Virus record (IMG/VR): IMGVR_UViG_2541047860_000002
Source: a virus
Lineage: Duplodnaviria > Heunggongvirae > Uroviricota > Caudoviricetes
DNA: 64,000 nt
Direction: 5' to 3' (one strand)
The position numbers and the translations under genes were made by a program. The notes beneath the pieces were generated by a model. That model saw only the letters and a program-made list of their open reading frames with translations. It was not told where the DNA came from and ran no database searches. Positions within the stretch are counted from its first letter, which is position 1. The number at the start of each line of letters is the position of its first letter. Below, in pieces: positions 1-9,400 of this stretch.

Positions 1-75
1 TATCAATACTGCTGAAAAATTTATTTCTCAGCGGAACCTGAATAAAAAAGCAGCCTGATATAGTAAAACACATAC

Positions 76-108
76 AAAAAGCCCACTTAGCAAGTGGGCT
101 TTCCTTTG
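76..108 (+). terminator. Rho-independent terminator-like hairpin (GCCCACTT-agca-AGTGGGC + T-rich)
   Basis: GC stem 81-99 followed by TTTCCTTT. Confidence 0.45.
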
Positions 109-114
109 TAATTA

Positions 115-315
115 ATGAACATTAAACCTATCCGTACAGAACAAGATTATGAGGCCGCACTGCGTGCGGTCAAACCGATGTTCGATAACGAACCGGAAAT
201 GAATACTCCGGAAGGTGATTTCTTTGAGGTTATGAGTCTTCTCATTGAGGAGTACGAGAAGAAACATTACCCAATTCAGCCACCATCACCTGTTGAATCT
301 TTTAACTATCCATAA
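115..315 (+). CDS. HigA-family antitoxin-like N-terminal fragment (IKPIRTEQDYEAAL...PEGD...YEKKHYPI), HTH domain absent
   Basis: N-terminal signature typical of Xre/HigA antitoxins; ORF stops where the HTH would begin, at the edge of the AT-rich segment. Confidence 0.4.
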   Translation: MNIKPIRTEQDYEAALRAVKPMFDNEPEMNTPEGDFFEVMSLLIEEYEKKHYPIQPPSPVESFNYP

Positions 316-336
316 TAAAAGTAATCAGGATAAGCT

Positions 337-1065
337 ATGATGTCAGAAAAAGTTAAAGATAATCCGTCTATAAATGAAACAGAACTAAAATCATTTTCTG
401 AAATAATAAAAGATAAAATATTTAACAAGGTTTTTGCATATGTTGTCATTTCTTTTCTAATTTTTAACTGGAAGGATATTTTAATTATATTAAAGTCAAA
501 GGACGACATCCTATATACATTATCTATTGTTTTTGTTGGTGGTAATGTCCCGTTCTTTGATAATTGGATTGTATCCCCGTGGGTTTATCACTTTGTAATC
601 CCATTTGGTTATGGGGTATTTGCATCTGTGTTAGCTCCTATTCTCACACTGAAGATATCTAAGCTAACAAGTAAATTATACACTGAAATAAGATATTTAG
701 ATGAAGATGCTGATTATGATAAAAGAATAGAATTGCAAAGAAAGAAAACAAAGTTAAATCAAGCAACCAATGACGCTAAATATTCAAAACAAATCTTAGA
801 TGAAAATGAAAATAAACTTAATGACCTAGCTACGAAACGGCGAGAAATTTGTGGCGCGATAAAACTATTGCATTCTGATGTTGGCAGTATTATTGAACTA
901 TATAAAAATAAGGGGGTTAGCATTGAATCTCCGCAAGATTTATGTGATTTTATAGTCGCTATAAAAAGCACATCATTCTATAATGATGACAAGCATTTTA
1001 ATAAATTGGTGTCTGATATTTCCAGTTTGTTTGATAATACTGGAATTGATCTTTCAAAAAAATGA
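337..1065 (+). CDS. Hypothetical membrane protein (N-terminal TM helices + coiled-coil tail), very AT-rich
   Basis: 242-aa ORF, hydrophobic segments near N-terminus, K/E/D-rich C-terminal half; GC clearly below flanking phage DNA. Confidence 0.5.
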   Translation: MMSEKVKDNPSINETELKSFSEIIKDKIFNKVFAYVVISFLIFNWKDILIILKSKDDILYTLSIVFVGGNVPFFDNWIVSPWVYHFVIPFGYGVFASVLAPILTLKISKLTSKLYTEIRYLDEDADYDKRIELQRKKTKLNQATNDAKYSKQILDENENKLNDLATKRREICGAIKLLHSDVGSIIELYKNKGVSIESPQDLCDFIVAIKSTSFYNDDKHFNKLVSDISSLFDNTGIDLSKK

Positions 1066-1098
1066 AAGCCCAGCATAAACTACTAGGCTATGTGTGGT

Positions 1099-2292
1099 TT
1101 ATGCTTTTTTCACGTACTCTATAAACATCTTCTCAGCCTGTTCTTGTGGCGTTCCAGCCATGACAAGCGCATCAATGAACGCCTGCTTCTTCAGTGCGAA
1201 CTGATCGGCAAGGCGTTGCTGAAGTTCCTTATTTTTCTGTTTCTCACGTTGCAAGGCCGCTTCTTTTGCAGCCGCCCGTTTTTTCTGTGCGTCTGACAAC
1301 TTTCTGGCCCTGGTCAATTGGTCACGTAGCTTGTCGATCTTGCCGTTGTCCTTTGCCAGTTTTGTACTTAAAGCTGCCTGGCGCTTCTGATAGAGCCTCC
1401 ATTCGCGTTTGGCGGCTTCAACGTTCGTTTTACTGCTACGATTGCGATTAAACTCCTTCTCGTCTTCTTTTGAGAAGTGTTTGGTTGTACGGCGGCGATC
1501 GTCACCAAATGCAATTTGCGTTGCAGCCTTTTGTAGCGCACGAGCAATACTCATTTGCCAACTGGCGGACTGTAACCGCGTCATTGAGTGGATCACGTGT
1601 TTACAGGCGACGCCTTGCAGCTTCGGGTTGCGAACTTTTGGATAGGCGTATTCTTTTGGCGGTGCCAGGGCAAAGTTACCCGCAGTGGCGATGTAACGAT
1701 ACCAGTATTGATGACGACCACAGTCACAATCGAAAGACACTCGCCCGGCGCACAGTGATTTAGTGATTTTGAGAGCTGATTTATCGTCTTCTGCGATGTC
1801 ATCAACCATCTGATCCCATTCTTCAAAGCGTATCCGGACGATATGGTGCTGGTGGACGGATATATCCGATGCTTCTACGCGGATATTAATCACATTGTGG
1901 CGAAGAGATACGGGTGTAGCTCTTTTGATACCAGATCCGTCATCCACGGCGTTATTTGCACGCTTAATATCGATTGCCTGGCTGGATGCCACCAGCTGGG
2001 CGTATGTGATGCCAGCCGTCTTGCTGTCATATTTTTCGCGCGTTTTACTCCGTAGCTTTTCGAAACCTTTCAGGTCGTCTCGCGTGAAGAACGTGCCGCC
2101 TTTTTTCTTCCCTAACTTGAGAATATCTTCGGCGGATTTGTTCCTCAGTCTACCTGGCGTCAGCGTCCGGTGAGCTTGTCGGCGCTTACGGGTTTGTTCT
2201 TTCCTGATAAGCTCGAATAAACGCGTGAAGTCCTTAGAGGACAGGCCGTCAGTGATATAGCGCCCGTCCTGGTTTTTCAGGAAATCAGGCAT
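1099..2292 (-). CDS. Hypothetical protein with Cys/His cluster (FDCDCGRH...CKH) and K/R/Q-rich coiled-coil C-terminus
   Basis: 397-aa ORF; start overlaps the upstream 109-aa gene by 8 nt. Confidence 0.5.
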   Translation of the reverse strand: MPDFLKNQDGRYITDGLSSKDFTRLFELIRKEQTRKRRQAHRTLTPGRLRNKSAEDILKLGKKKGGTFFTRDDLKGFEKLRSKTREKYDSKTAGITYAQLVASSQAIDIKRANNAVDDGSGIKRATPVSLRHNVINIRVEASDISVHQHHIVRIRFEEWDQMVDDIAEDDKSALKITKSLCAGRVSFDCDCGRHQYWYRYIATAGNFALAPPKEYAYPKVRNPKLQGVACKHVIHSMTRLQSASWQMSIARALQKAATQIAFGDDRRRTTKHFSKEDEKEFNRNRSSKTNVEAAKREWRLYQKRQAALSTKLAKDNGKIDKLRDQLTRARKLSDAQKKRAAAKEAALQREKQKNKELQQRLADQFALKKQAFIDALVMAGTPQEQAEKMFIEYVKKA

Positions 2293-2614
2293 TTTCTATC
2301 TCCGGTTCCGCGCTCGCGTAATCACGGATCTTGTTCCTCAGCCATGCCACATCAGGAAGAGTTAACGTGGTCCCGGCGGGCATTTCTTCCATTTCTGACT
2401 CATGGCCCACCAGCACCCGGAATACCCAGCGCAAATCTGCATTGCCATACGCCCGGTAGGCTGCAAGGTCTGAACGATATACTTCATCAATCTTTATCGT
2501 GTACTGGAAATTATCAGAGTGATACTCCGATACCCGCTTAATCATTTCCTGGTGAAACAGCGCACGAAAAATATCGTCTTCAATGTACCTATCGTCGAGT
2601 CTGCTATAGCCCAT
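2285..2614 (-). CDS. Hypothetical protein
   Basis: 109-aa ORF translationally coupled to the 397-aa gene. Confidence 0.45.
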   Translation of the reverse strand: MGYSRLDDRYIEDDIFRALFHQEMIKRVSEYHSDNFQYTIKIDEVYRSDLAAYRAYGNADLRWVFRVLVGHESEMEEMPAGTTLTLPDVAWLRNKIRDYASAEPEIENA

Positions 2615-2807
2615 AACAAAGCCTCTCAGTCATAACCTGGGGGAAACTGTATGCAGGGTGTGAAATGCGAGAAACAGACAGGCCACCAGTTCAGGGGGAT
2701 GTGGCTCATAAATCCCCTCACTGGTGACAAGTGACTTTCATTAATCTTTATGCGGGGGCCAGCTTCATTTGCTGGCATTAGATTAAAAATTAAACGGAGT
2801 GAATGAC

Positions 2808-2942
2808 ATGGATGTTATCTTCGAATTATTAATTCTAATTGATCTGTTTATGAACGCTTCATTGACCACTCAAATACTCGCGTCAATATTTTTGTTACTC
2901 TTCTACCTGGTGTTGAGGGAGTTAACAAAGCTACTAATGTGA
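2808..2942 (+). CDS. Small hydrophobic peptide (44 aa, MDVIFELLILIDLF...), possible membrane toxin-like peptide
   Basis: ATG at 2808 preceded by ACGGAG; single predicted TM helix; below ORF-track cutoff. Confidence 0.25.
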   Translation: MDVIFELLILIDLFMNASLTTQILASIFLLLFYLVLRELTKLLM

Positions 2943-3638
2943 TCAAAGTATCACGGTATCTTCATCAACTTCTTTCCCAGCCAGTGACTTTGGCTGGGAG
3001 GTGCCTGCTTTAACTTTTTCATGCCCAATAATGGAAAGGAACGAAGCGAGTATGCCTGTTTTTTGCTCTTTCTCGACTGTACCGGTCATCTGCTCTACGT
3101 AATCCGCACTGGCAACGTTGTGGTATACGGTCGCGTAGCAACACAGGATCATCAGAATATGCTCCGGCCTGATATCCTGCCAGTTCACCCTGTAGACTTC
3201 TTCTCCGTTACCGTTGTATTCGGTATCAACGATAGAGTCGGGGATTTCGAAAGCACCTTTGTTATTTTGCGGCAGGGATAATAGTTTCTGGAGTTTTAAC
3301 TCTTTGTATCTTTCCATCCCGACGATGATTGCTGCTCTACCATCGGCATGACGGGTCTTGAGAGTCACCTGGCTTGCTCCGGTGCCAGCGGAGATCGTTG
3401 GCGTAATTTCGTCTACCAGTACCTTAAATTTGCTTTTCCGCAGGGCTGCTATAGCTGGAGGAATTTTTTGCTTTTGCTCCAATGCTGACGCGGGAAGGGG
3501 TTTTACTTCGTTAATAATGAGAGCACCGTCTTTCAGTATTGCAGTGAGCATTTGAGGCTTGCTGGTGGTCAGGCTGAATATTGCGATCTTTTCCATTGTC
3601 CTTCCTCCACGGATGACGGATACAAAAAAAGGCCGCAC
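2943..3638 (-). CDS. Hypothetical protein (probable start at the internal Met near 3596)
   Basis: 231-aa ORF. Confidence 0.45.
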   Translation of the reverse strand: MRPFFVSVIRGGRTMEKIAIFSLTTSKPQMLTAILKDGALIINEVKPLPASALEQKQKIPPAIAALRKSKFKVLVDEITPTISAGTGASQVTLKTRHADGRAAIIVGMERYKELKLQKLLSLPQNNKGAFEIPDSIVDTEYNGNGEEVYRVNWQDIRPEHILMILCCYATVYHNVASADYVEQMTGTVEKEQKTGILASFLSIIGHEKVKAGTSQPKSLAGKEVDEDTVIL

Positions 3639-3863
3639 ATGGCGGCCTGCTTTGGCGTTATGACTCCCTACCGCGCTTCGGCTGAAAGTTAATCGTCAAA
3701 AGAACCTTCAACGGGAGCCGTTAGCGCGATGGATTATGTGCAGTTTGTGATTTCCAAAATAGTGTCAACCACTTTTTGTGGATTTTATTTTTTGACAGAA
3801 ATTTGGCCTAAATCATGTTGATTTGGCTGATTATTTTTATAACATAAAAGTCATTTTGATTGC

Positions 3864-4763
3864 ATGAAGGACGGTGCAGTGAAGTTAAGGGTTTTAGGGA
3901 CCGCGCTCGCGGCTAAGATGGTAAGGTATGGAGTTAATGAAATGTTTTTTATAAAAAATGGAAAAAGATTTTCCTCAACAATACTAGCTACTGTTGTTGC
4001 TCTTTTTGTCCCCACACTCACCTTTGCTTATGATTTTAGCAAAATTGACTGCAATTCCCCTAAAACTAGGCAGATGTTAATCGATGATTATAATGAACTG
4101 CTGAAGGACGATCAGGAAGCAATTTCTGTAATCGATGCTTATAATCAGATCAATGAGATAAGAGAAAAAAATAAGCTCCAATGCCTGGGAACGTATGAAT
4201 TCTCAGATGGAAGTGCGCTTAGGGTTAGATATAAGTTATATTTAAATAGCCTCGGCACCCCCATATATGAATTTGCTCCAGTTGAGGAGTTAACGCAAGA
4301 TGACGTAAGCGCATCTATCCAAAATATCCCTGCAACCACAGCGAGTAAGGCTGGAGGGAATGAAGAAACGTACTCCTGTAAAGTGGCTGTAACCTACAAT
4401 GGAAAGCGCTCTAACTATATGGGGGATACTGGAGTCTGGGATCGTGTGATTACTGACTATGGCACTTATTTCTCATGGGATTTGCCGCGCGGAAATCGAG
4501 GCAATAGTACAGGCCAGGATGCTTTTAGTGGCATGGACGAATCAAAGCCAGCATTAGAAAATAAGCTGGTGAGAAAGGAAGTCGAAAAAGATGGTAGCGT
4601 GGTTGATGAATTTAGGACTGATGTAAGTTATGGGGAAAAACAACCAGTTCATAAGTTTGTATATGCTCGTAGAATAAAACCTACAGGCATGAGAGAGTAT
4701 TATGTTACGGATTTAACAGACAAGCGGGCGTTTATGTTTCTGAATTGTCAGAGAGATTCGTGA
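3864..4763 (+). CDS. Hypothetical secreted/periplasmic protein (signal-peptide-like FSSTILATVVALFVPTLTFA; probable start ATG 3939)
   Basis: N-terminal hydrophobic h-region followed by A-Y; AT-rich. Confidence 0.5.
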   Translation: MKDGAVKLRVLGTALAAKMVRYGVNEMFFIKNGKRFSSTILATVVALFVPTLTFAYDFSKIDCNSPKTRQMLIDDYNELLKDDQEAISVIDAYNQINEIREKNKLQCLGTYEFSDGSALRVRYKLYLNSLGTPIYEFAPVEELTQDDVSASIQNIPATTASKAGGNEETYSCKVAVTYNGKRSNYMGDTGVWDRVITDYGTYFSWDLPRGNRGNSTGQDAFSGMDESKPALENKLVRKEVEKDGSVVDEFRTDVSYGEKQPVHKFVYARRIKPTGMREYYVTDLTDKRAFMFLNCQRDS

Positions 4764-4803
4764 TTGACATAGCAGGCTTACTATTAAGCCTGCTTTTTGG
4801 CTA

Positions 4804-5163
4804 TTACTCGGTAATAGTTTTGCAGTTGTTTTGATTTAATGACAATCCTAGCTTGCTAGCAGCCAACTCATTTTCTGTGTGAGAACCAGCAAAAATGAAG
4901 CCTTGTTTTATCTTATTTACGGTGAAATATTTATTATACATGAACGCCCAGATAAATGAGGCAATCCACGGGCCAATTCCGGCTGTGAGGAATGCCAGTA
5001 TCAGCATCACTACGAATACCCCAATAAAAGTTATAAAGTCTTTCCTGAACAAAGCTGGAAAAGCACCAAACAAGAATGTAGTCCAGGAAAAACCATAAAA
5101 ACCGGTGATTGATTCGCCAGTTTGAGGGTTTTCAAGTTTAATTTTAGTAGCCACGATTATCAT
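4804..5163 (-). CDS. Hypothetical small inner-membrane protein
   Basis: 119-aa ORF with 2-3 hydrophobic helices. Confidence 0.45.
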   Translation of the reverse strand: MIIVATKIKLENPQTGESITGFYGFSWTTFLFGAFPALFRKDFITFIGVFVVMLILAFLTAGIGPWIASFIWAFMYNKYFTVNKIKQGFIFAGSHTENELAASKLGLSLNQNNCKTITE

Positions 5164-5299
5164 CCTTTTACATAAAAAACATATAGTTATAGTGCTGTGT
5201 GAGATTCTAATGTTACTAATTTACACTTTGTAATGCAATTAAATAACTTTAGGCAGTGAAAGTAACTATTCGTGGCAGACTATCGTTAAGACCTTTCAA

Positions 5300-5584
5300 T
5301 TATGGTTGCTGTAAGTGGAGGGGAACAGCCTGTTCTATCATCTCGCGTATCAAGCCAACTTCAAGTAGTTCCTCGGATTCCCAGTATCTGTTTGTCACCA
5401 GATCCAGGCTGGCTATGACCTTGTGCCGGTCATTCGGCATAGCCAATTTTTCTGCTATAACCATCAGTGAAAACTCTTCATCCAGTAGAATTTGATACCA
5501 GTTTTTTGATAGTTCCACTTCCCTTATGAGACTGAAACGTCGCTGGATTGTGGCAGCAGAGTAAGTGAAATCTATTTTCTTCAT
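5300..5584 (-). CDS. Hypothetical protein
   Basis: 94-aa ORF. Confidence 0.4.
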   Translation of the reverse strand: MKKIDFTYSAATIQRRFSLIREVELSKNWYQILLDEEFSLMVIAEKLAMPNDRHKVIASLDLVTNRYWESEELLEVGLIREMIEQAVPLHLQQP

Positions 5585-5643
5585 CGTGCGGAGAATCCGG
5601 TTATTTAGTAGTTAAAGCCCCGGACAGGCCGGGGCAACAGTAA

Positions 5644-6585
5644 TTAACTAACAATCCAGTCCGTAGCAACAACATCCTCTGGAGCTAAATCAATCGCATG
5701 GATTTTCCCATCCCGGATAGTGCGCCAGTGCTTTCGTGATCCACCTTCGGGCCATACCCATACACCTTCAGGCCAAGATGCTCGACGGCATACGATTGCA
5801 TACCCTGTTTTAATCCTCTCTCTGGCGGTATGCAACGACAGGTTTGCCTTTGGACTTTCAGGCACAGGATGGTGGATTGCCTGAAACATCCCCATCTTTG
5901 GATGATACCAGCGTTTATTGCGTGGTTCTGCCTCCGACATCACCTGCTTAAAGGCTTTCCGGAAGGGGGCCAGAGCCACAATGGAGCGTCGCGCAAGCAA
6001 GCCATCGGGGGTCAAAAACTCATGTGTATCGGTGGGAATCCGGTAAGCGTTAACCAGGTTGCGGCATTTGGCTTCAGTCAGGCCGCATTTCGCCGCCAGC
6101 TGGCGGTAGCCAATGTAACCTTCCGGCATATTGCCTTTCTTGATTTGCTCGAGTGTTTCAGCAACCATCGATACTTGTGCTGATACCTCGGCTACCTGGG
6201 CATTTACGGCGTTGATCCGGCGTTCATGCTCAAGATGCATTTGCGCCATTTCAGCCAGGATTTCGGCTTTTGATTTTAACTGTACCCGGGCATTCTCCAG
6301 TTCGCGCCAGCGGTCCACTAGCCGGGCGGTAAATTCGGGAGAGAGCTGCGCGACGACAACAATGCTGTCTCGTTTTCCTTGCTCGCCTTCGAAGACATAG
6401 ACCGGATCTTTGACAACCTTCCCTAAGTTATTGATTCTTTCGACGAACTCATTTTGAGTTTCTCGGATGACACCGCTAGCCATCATATTGCGAATGGTAC
6501 GTAAAACATTGCCGTGACGACTACCAACTAACTCTGCAATATCTAGGCTACTCATTGTCGCTTTTTGAGAGATGGACAGATTCAT
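5644..6585 (-). CDS. Rha-family phage regulatory protein (antirepressor-like) fused to a C-terminal DUF2829-like module
   Basis: N-terminal Rha-like region (VFEGEQGKRDSIVVVAQLSPEF...); near-identical paralog at 43223-43930; C-terminal CRRASW...ATDWIVS. Confidence 0.7.
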   Translation of the reverse strand: MNLSISQKATMSSLDIAELVGSRHGNVLRTIRNMMASGVIRETQNEFVERINNLGKVVKDPVYVFEGEQGKRDSIVVVAQLSPEFTARLVDRWRELENARVQLKSKAEILAEMAQMHLEHERRINAVNAQVAEVSAQVSMVAETLEQIKKGNMPEGYIGYRQLAAKCGLTEAKCRNLVNAYRIPTDTHEFLTPDGLLARRSIVALAPFRKAFKQVMSEAEPRNKRWYHPKMGMFQAIHHPVPESPKANLSLHTARERIKTGYAIVCRRASWPEGVWVWPEGGSRKHWRTIRDGKIHAIDLAPEDVVATDWIVS

Positions 6586-6800
6586 CAGTGCACCTCCACG
6601 CAGTTCATCGGCAGATTCCAGTAATTGAGGATCTCCATCGCATCAAGAGTGAAGCGAGCAGCAAAAATGCAGGGTTCTTCGGGAAGGTATGAGCGCGCCT
6701 CTGATTCGGTAGCAGCCATGACGCAGATATACAGGTGCTTTTGGCAGGAATAGAAACGCCAGATAAATTCAGAATGAGTTGGGGTAGGGATAGTAGCCAT
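6585..6800 (-). CDS. Small protein preceding the Rha gene (Icd position of an immI-like module); paralog at 43930-44154
   Basis: 71-aa ORF; shared EFIWRF(Y/H)S.QKH core with the 74-aa paralog; stop overlaps Rha start. Confidence 0.45.
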   Translation of the reverse strand: MATIPTPTHSEFIWRFYSCQKHLYICVMAATESEARSYLPEEPCIFAARFTLDAMEILNYWNLPMNCVEVH

Positions 6801-6862
6801 ATTGGCAGCCTCCTTTTGCTAATTTAAGGAGCTACCGCGTGAGGTCTCAATCTCAATGGCGG

Positions 6863-6938
6863 TAGCACTGGCTGGGTTGAGACTACCGGCGCAAAAGGGA
6901 ACCGGCCTGCCTTTCGGCAGCCCAGCCAGCACTACCAT
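6863..6938 (-). ncRNA. Candidate structured RNA element (16-bp stem, ~44-nt loop) upstream of the Rha module
   Basis: Arms 6863-6878 and 6923-6938 pair perfectly (two G-U) only when the minus strand is transcribed; plus strand gives two C-A mismatches. Confidence 0.3.
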
Positions 6939-6983
6939 TGATCTTGGAGCTATACGCTACGTATGGCTGTGCGATGGCATGAC

Positions 6984-7007
6984 ACAAAAAAAGACGCTTT
7001 CGGCGTC
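6984..7007 (-). terminator. Rho-independent terminator (GACGC-cgaaa-GCGTC + U7) on minus strand
   Basis: Hairpin 6993-7007 followed on the minus strand by a T run (6984-6992). Confidence 0.5.
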
Positions 7008-7112
7008 TGTGTCGCCTTTTGCATTATCCGGGGTCTCAATCCCGGCACCCGTTTTTCTAAGGTGCCGTAGAAATATACCCCACGATAATGCCAGGGCGCA
7101 ACAGTCAGTATT

Positions 7113-7280
7113 TTATGCTTTGGCGGATTTTTTCCGGGCTTGCTTGCAGGCGTAGGCCATTGCTTTAGCTTTCACTTCATCCAGCTTCCCGGTGATCACT
7201 TCTTTTCCGAGAGTGACAAACCAGTCATAGCAACCGCCAGTAATGTTCTTGATTTGAAAGTTGAGGTAGCGAACAGTCAT
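7113..7280 (-). CDS. Small hypothetical protein (55 aa, MTVRYLNFQIKNITGGCYDWF...)
   Basis: ATG 7280 preceded by GGGGGTG; followed by the terminator at 6984-7007; below ORF-track cutoff. Confidence 0.3.
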   Translation of the reverse strand: MTVRYLNFQIKNITGGCYDWFVTLGKEVITGKLDEVKAKAMAYACKQARKKSAKA

Positions 7281-7601
7281 TTTGACACCCCCAGCGCGAG
7301 TAAAGAATGCAGATTATCGCGTGAGTGGTGGACGACGAGTGATGGGAAAAGACTGTAGTTGTTCATAGTGTAGTGACTCCTTGCTTTCGGAGCCGCCATC
7401 GACTGTTCCACGGTCTGGTGGCGGCGCAATAAAGGCTGGAACACCGTGAGTCAACGGGGGCTTTTCAGCCACCTATATTGCACCGCCATAGGTATGGCGG
7501 CGGCAATAATACGAAAAACTAAACAGTTTGTCTCAAAAAGTTGACCGGTGTGCCAATCGGTAGTGAATGTACATCGGAGAAATTTTCAATTCAACTTAAA
7601 A

Positions 7602-7620
7602 TGTTAGAAAACTAATTTAT
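7602..7620 (+). promoter_or_regulatory. Operator-like motif TGTTAGAAAACTAATTTAT (copy a)
   Basis: Member of a motif family repeated at least 11 times; lies upstream of the first Rha module. Confidence 0.45.
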
Positions 7621-8190
7621 CAATTCAATTGCCATCTGATACAACGCCATTTCATCGGCATTGTGCCGCATGAAATCTGCTTTTCCGCCTATTTTTCCAT
7701 CAGCATGAACAGGGACCAGCCAGGGATATTGTTCTCGGACCTCGGCTGGCGCTGCGTACTGGTGGTGCCATTTACACAAAGGGAGGACATATTTATGCGC
7801 GTTCTCTGCCGTTCTCCCGAAGATATGGTGCAGGGATACTACTGGGCTATGTTGCCCGTGAATATGGCAGGCAATGCAGGGGAGAGTACCGATAGCGGTC
7901 TGTATCCGGCGTTCATCGGCTGTGAGTGATCTGCCCTTCAGGCCGCGTGACGTGCGTGTTTTTTTGGACGGAGCGGATACAGCTTTCTCTTTTCTCCGCT
8001 GGTCATATTGCTTTGCTTTTTCAATTTTTTTTTGCCGATATTCAGGCGATGCGGCTTTTTCTCTCGCTCGCTGCTGCTGGCGTTGAGCTTGTTGAAGGCG
8101 CTTTGCCCTTTGTTCCTCTCGCCAGGCCGGGTCAGCCAATTTTTGCATGGCTTTTTGTCTCTGTTTCTCCCAGTAGCTCTGTTTCTGCAT
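7612..8190 (-). CDS. ref: Ref-like HNH endonuclease (P1 recombination enhancement function homolog)
   Basis: 192 aa; basic N-terminus; HNH-type motif ...CIACHIHGQHSP...HHIFGRT...PLCKWHH. Confidence 0.8.
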   Translation of the reverse strand: MQKQSYWEKQRQKAMQKLADPAWREEQRAKRLQQAQRQQQRAREKAASPEYRQKKIEKAKQYDQRRKEKAVSAPSKKTRTSRGLKGRSLTADERRIQTAIGTLPCIACHIHGQHSPVVSLHHIFGRTAENAHKYVLPLCKWHHQYAAPAEVREQYPWLVPVHADGKIGGKADFMRHNADEMALYQMAIELIN

Positions 8191-8235
8191 GATGGCTGCC
8201 TCTTACTTTTCAGCGATTTTTCTATGATTGATCAA

Positions 8236-8270
8236 AATTGTTAGATATTCAAAATTGATTTTCTAACACA
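8236..8270. promoter_or_regulatory. Divergent operator pair TTGTTAGA-N16-TCTAACA between ref and the early operon
   Basis: Inverted repeat 8239-8246 / 8263-8269 in the ref upstream region. Confidence 0.5.
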
Positions 8271-8307
8271 AAACATTAATATCATTCCTGATAACTGTTT
8301 GGAGGAC

Positions 8308-8463
8308 ATGATGCTTATAGCTTTAAGTGCGATCCACCAGCCATCTGTGAATGAGATTGGCCTGTTCTATGTGTTGTTTTTCGGGGCGTTGGCGCTACTT
8401 GAGCTTGGTATTGAGCTTTTCGCAGTGCTTATGTTTTGCGTCACGATTTTGGGGAAATTTTGA
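8308..8463 (+). CDS. Small hydrophobic peptide (51 aa), first ORF of the early operon
   Basis: GGAGG then ATG; MMLIALSAI...LFFGALALLELGIELFAVLMF; stop overlaps next start (TGATGG). Confidence 0.3.
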   Translation: MMLIALSAIHQPSVNEIGLFYVLFFGALALLELGIELFAVLMFCVTILGKF

Positions 8464-9086
8464 TGGTGAAACGTGTTTTGAAAATTTACATCGCGGGGCC
8501 GATGACTGGTTATCCAGATTACAACCGTGCGGCGTTTAATGCGAAAGCGAGCGAGTTGATGGCTGAAGGGCATATCGTTCTGAATCCAGCGGTGTTACCT
8601 GGTGGCCTTTGCCAGAGTGAATACATGGATATTTGCCTGGCAATGGTGCGTTCTGCTGATGCGATCTATTTGCTCAATCAATGGGAAGAATCGGTTGGTG
8701 CTCGTGCAGAGCACGCGTTGGCTGAAAAGCTTGGGCTGACTGTAATTTATGAGTCACCAACCAACATTGAATGCCAGGTTGCTACGCATATTTACCGGGA
8801 ACTGGTCAATGCGTTACGTGATGTTGCTATTGAATGTCACGGCACGGATCAGCTTCGCGCTCGCTTAAGCCAAACCCTTTCCAGTTACCTGTCTTTGGCT
8901 GAAGGATACAACCTCCGACAGCGAAGAATGGTCAGATTAATCACGCGGTTATCTCAATCCCTGGCAAATGCTGAACCAACTAATCCGCTACCTAATGACG
9001 CAATGAATTATCTGAAGTCATGCGGCGTTGTTTCTGAAGATGCAGTTCGTTTTGTGGAGTTTATGTCTCAGAGGATGTCGGCGTGA
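8463..9086 (+). CDS. DUF4406-like protein (nucleoside 2-deoxyribosyltransferase-like fold) with a C-terminal YRELVN...GT.QLR module
   Basis: KIYIAGPMTG...N..AF...YLLNQWEESVGARAE motif; C-terminal ~30 aa shared with ORF 14824-15990. Confidence 0.5.
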   Translation: MVKRVLKIYIAGPMTGYPDYNRAAFNAKASELMAEGHIVLNPAVLPGGLCQSEYMDICLAMVRSADAIYLLNQWEESVGARAEHALAEKLGLTVIYESPTNIECQVATHIYRELVNALRDVAIECHGTDQLRARLSQTLSSYLSLAEGYNLRQRRMVRLITRLSQSLANAEPTNPLPNDAMNYLKSCGVVSEDAVRFVEFMSQRMSA

Positions 9087-9400
9087 GCTGGCGGGGATGG
9101 GGAAGGGCAGAAATCATGATACTCCGCCAGTGCGCCGGAACTATGACGGTCGAGAGTATTGGGAAGCTGATCGGTCGTACCGGTGATGCCGTCAGGACTA
9201 AAGCGCGGGAGTTGGGGATCAGCATGATTCTGAAAGGAGACTTTCATCCGTCAGCCAAATACCGGCAGAGCGATATAGAACTGGCACGGCAGCTTCATCA
9301 GTGTGGTGTTCCCCGCCGTGAGATCGCGGAAAAACTCGAAATGCCCCTGGGCATGATTAATCAGTACGTTTATTTCGAAAGGAGAGTGTATGAAGTCTGA
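9083..9400 (+). CDS. Hypothetical protein (possible HTH)
   Basis: 105-aa ORF, overlapping stop/start. Confidence 0.4.
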   Translation: MSWRGWGRAEIMILRQCAGTMTVESIGKLIGRTGDAVRTKARELGISMILKGDFHPSAKYRQSDIELARQLHQCGVPRREIAEKLEMPLGMINQYVYFERRVYEV

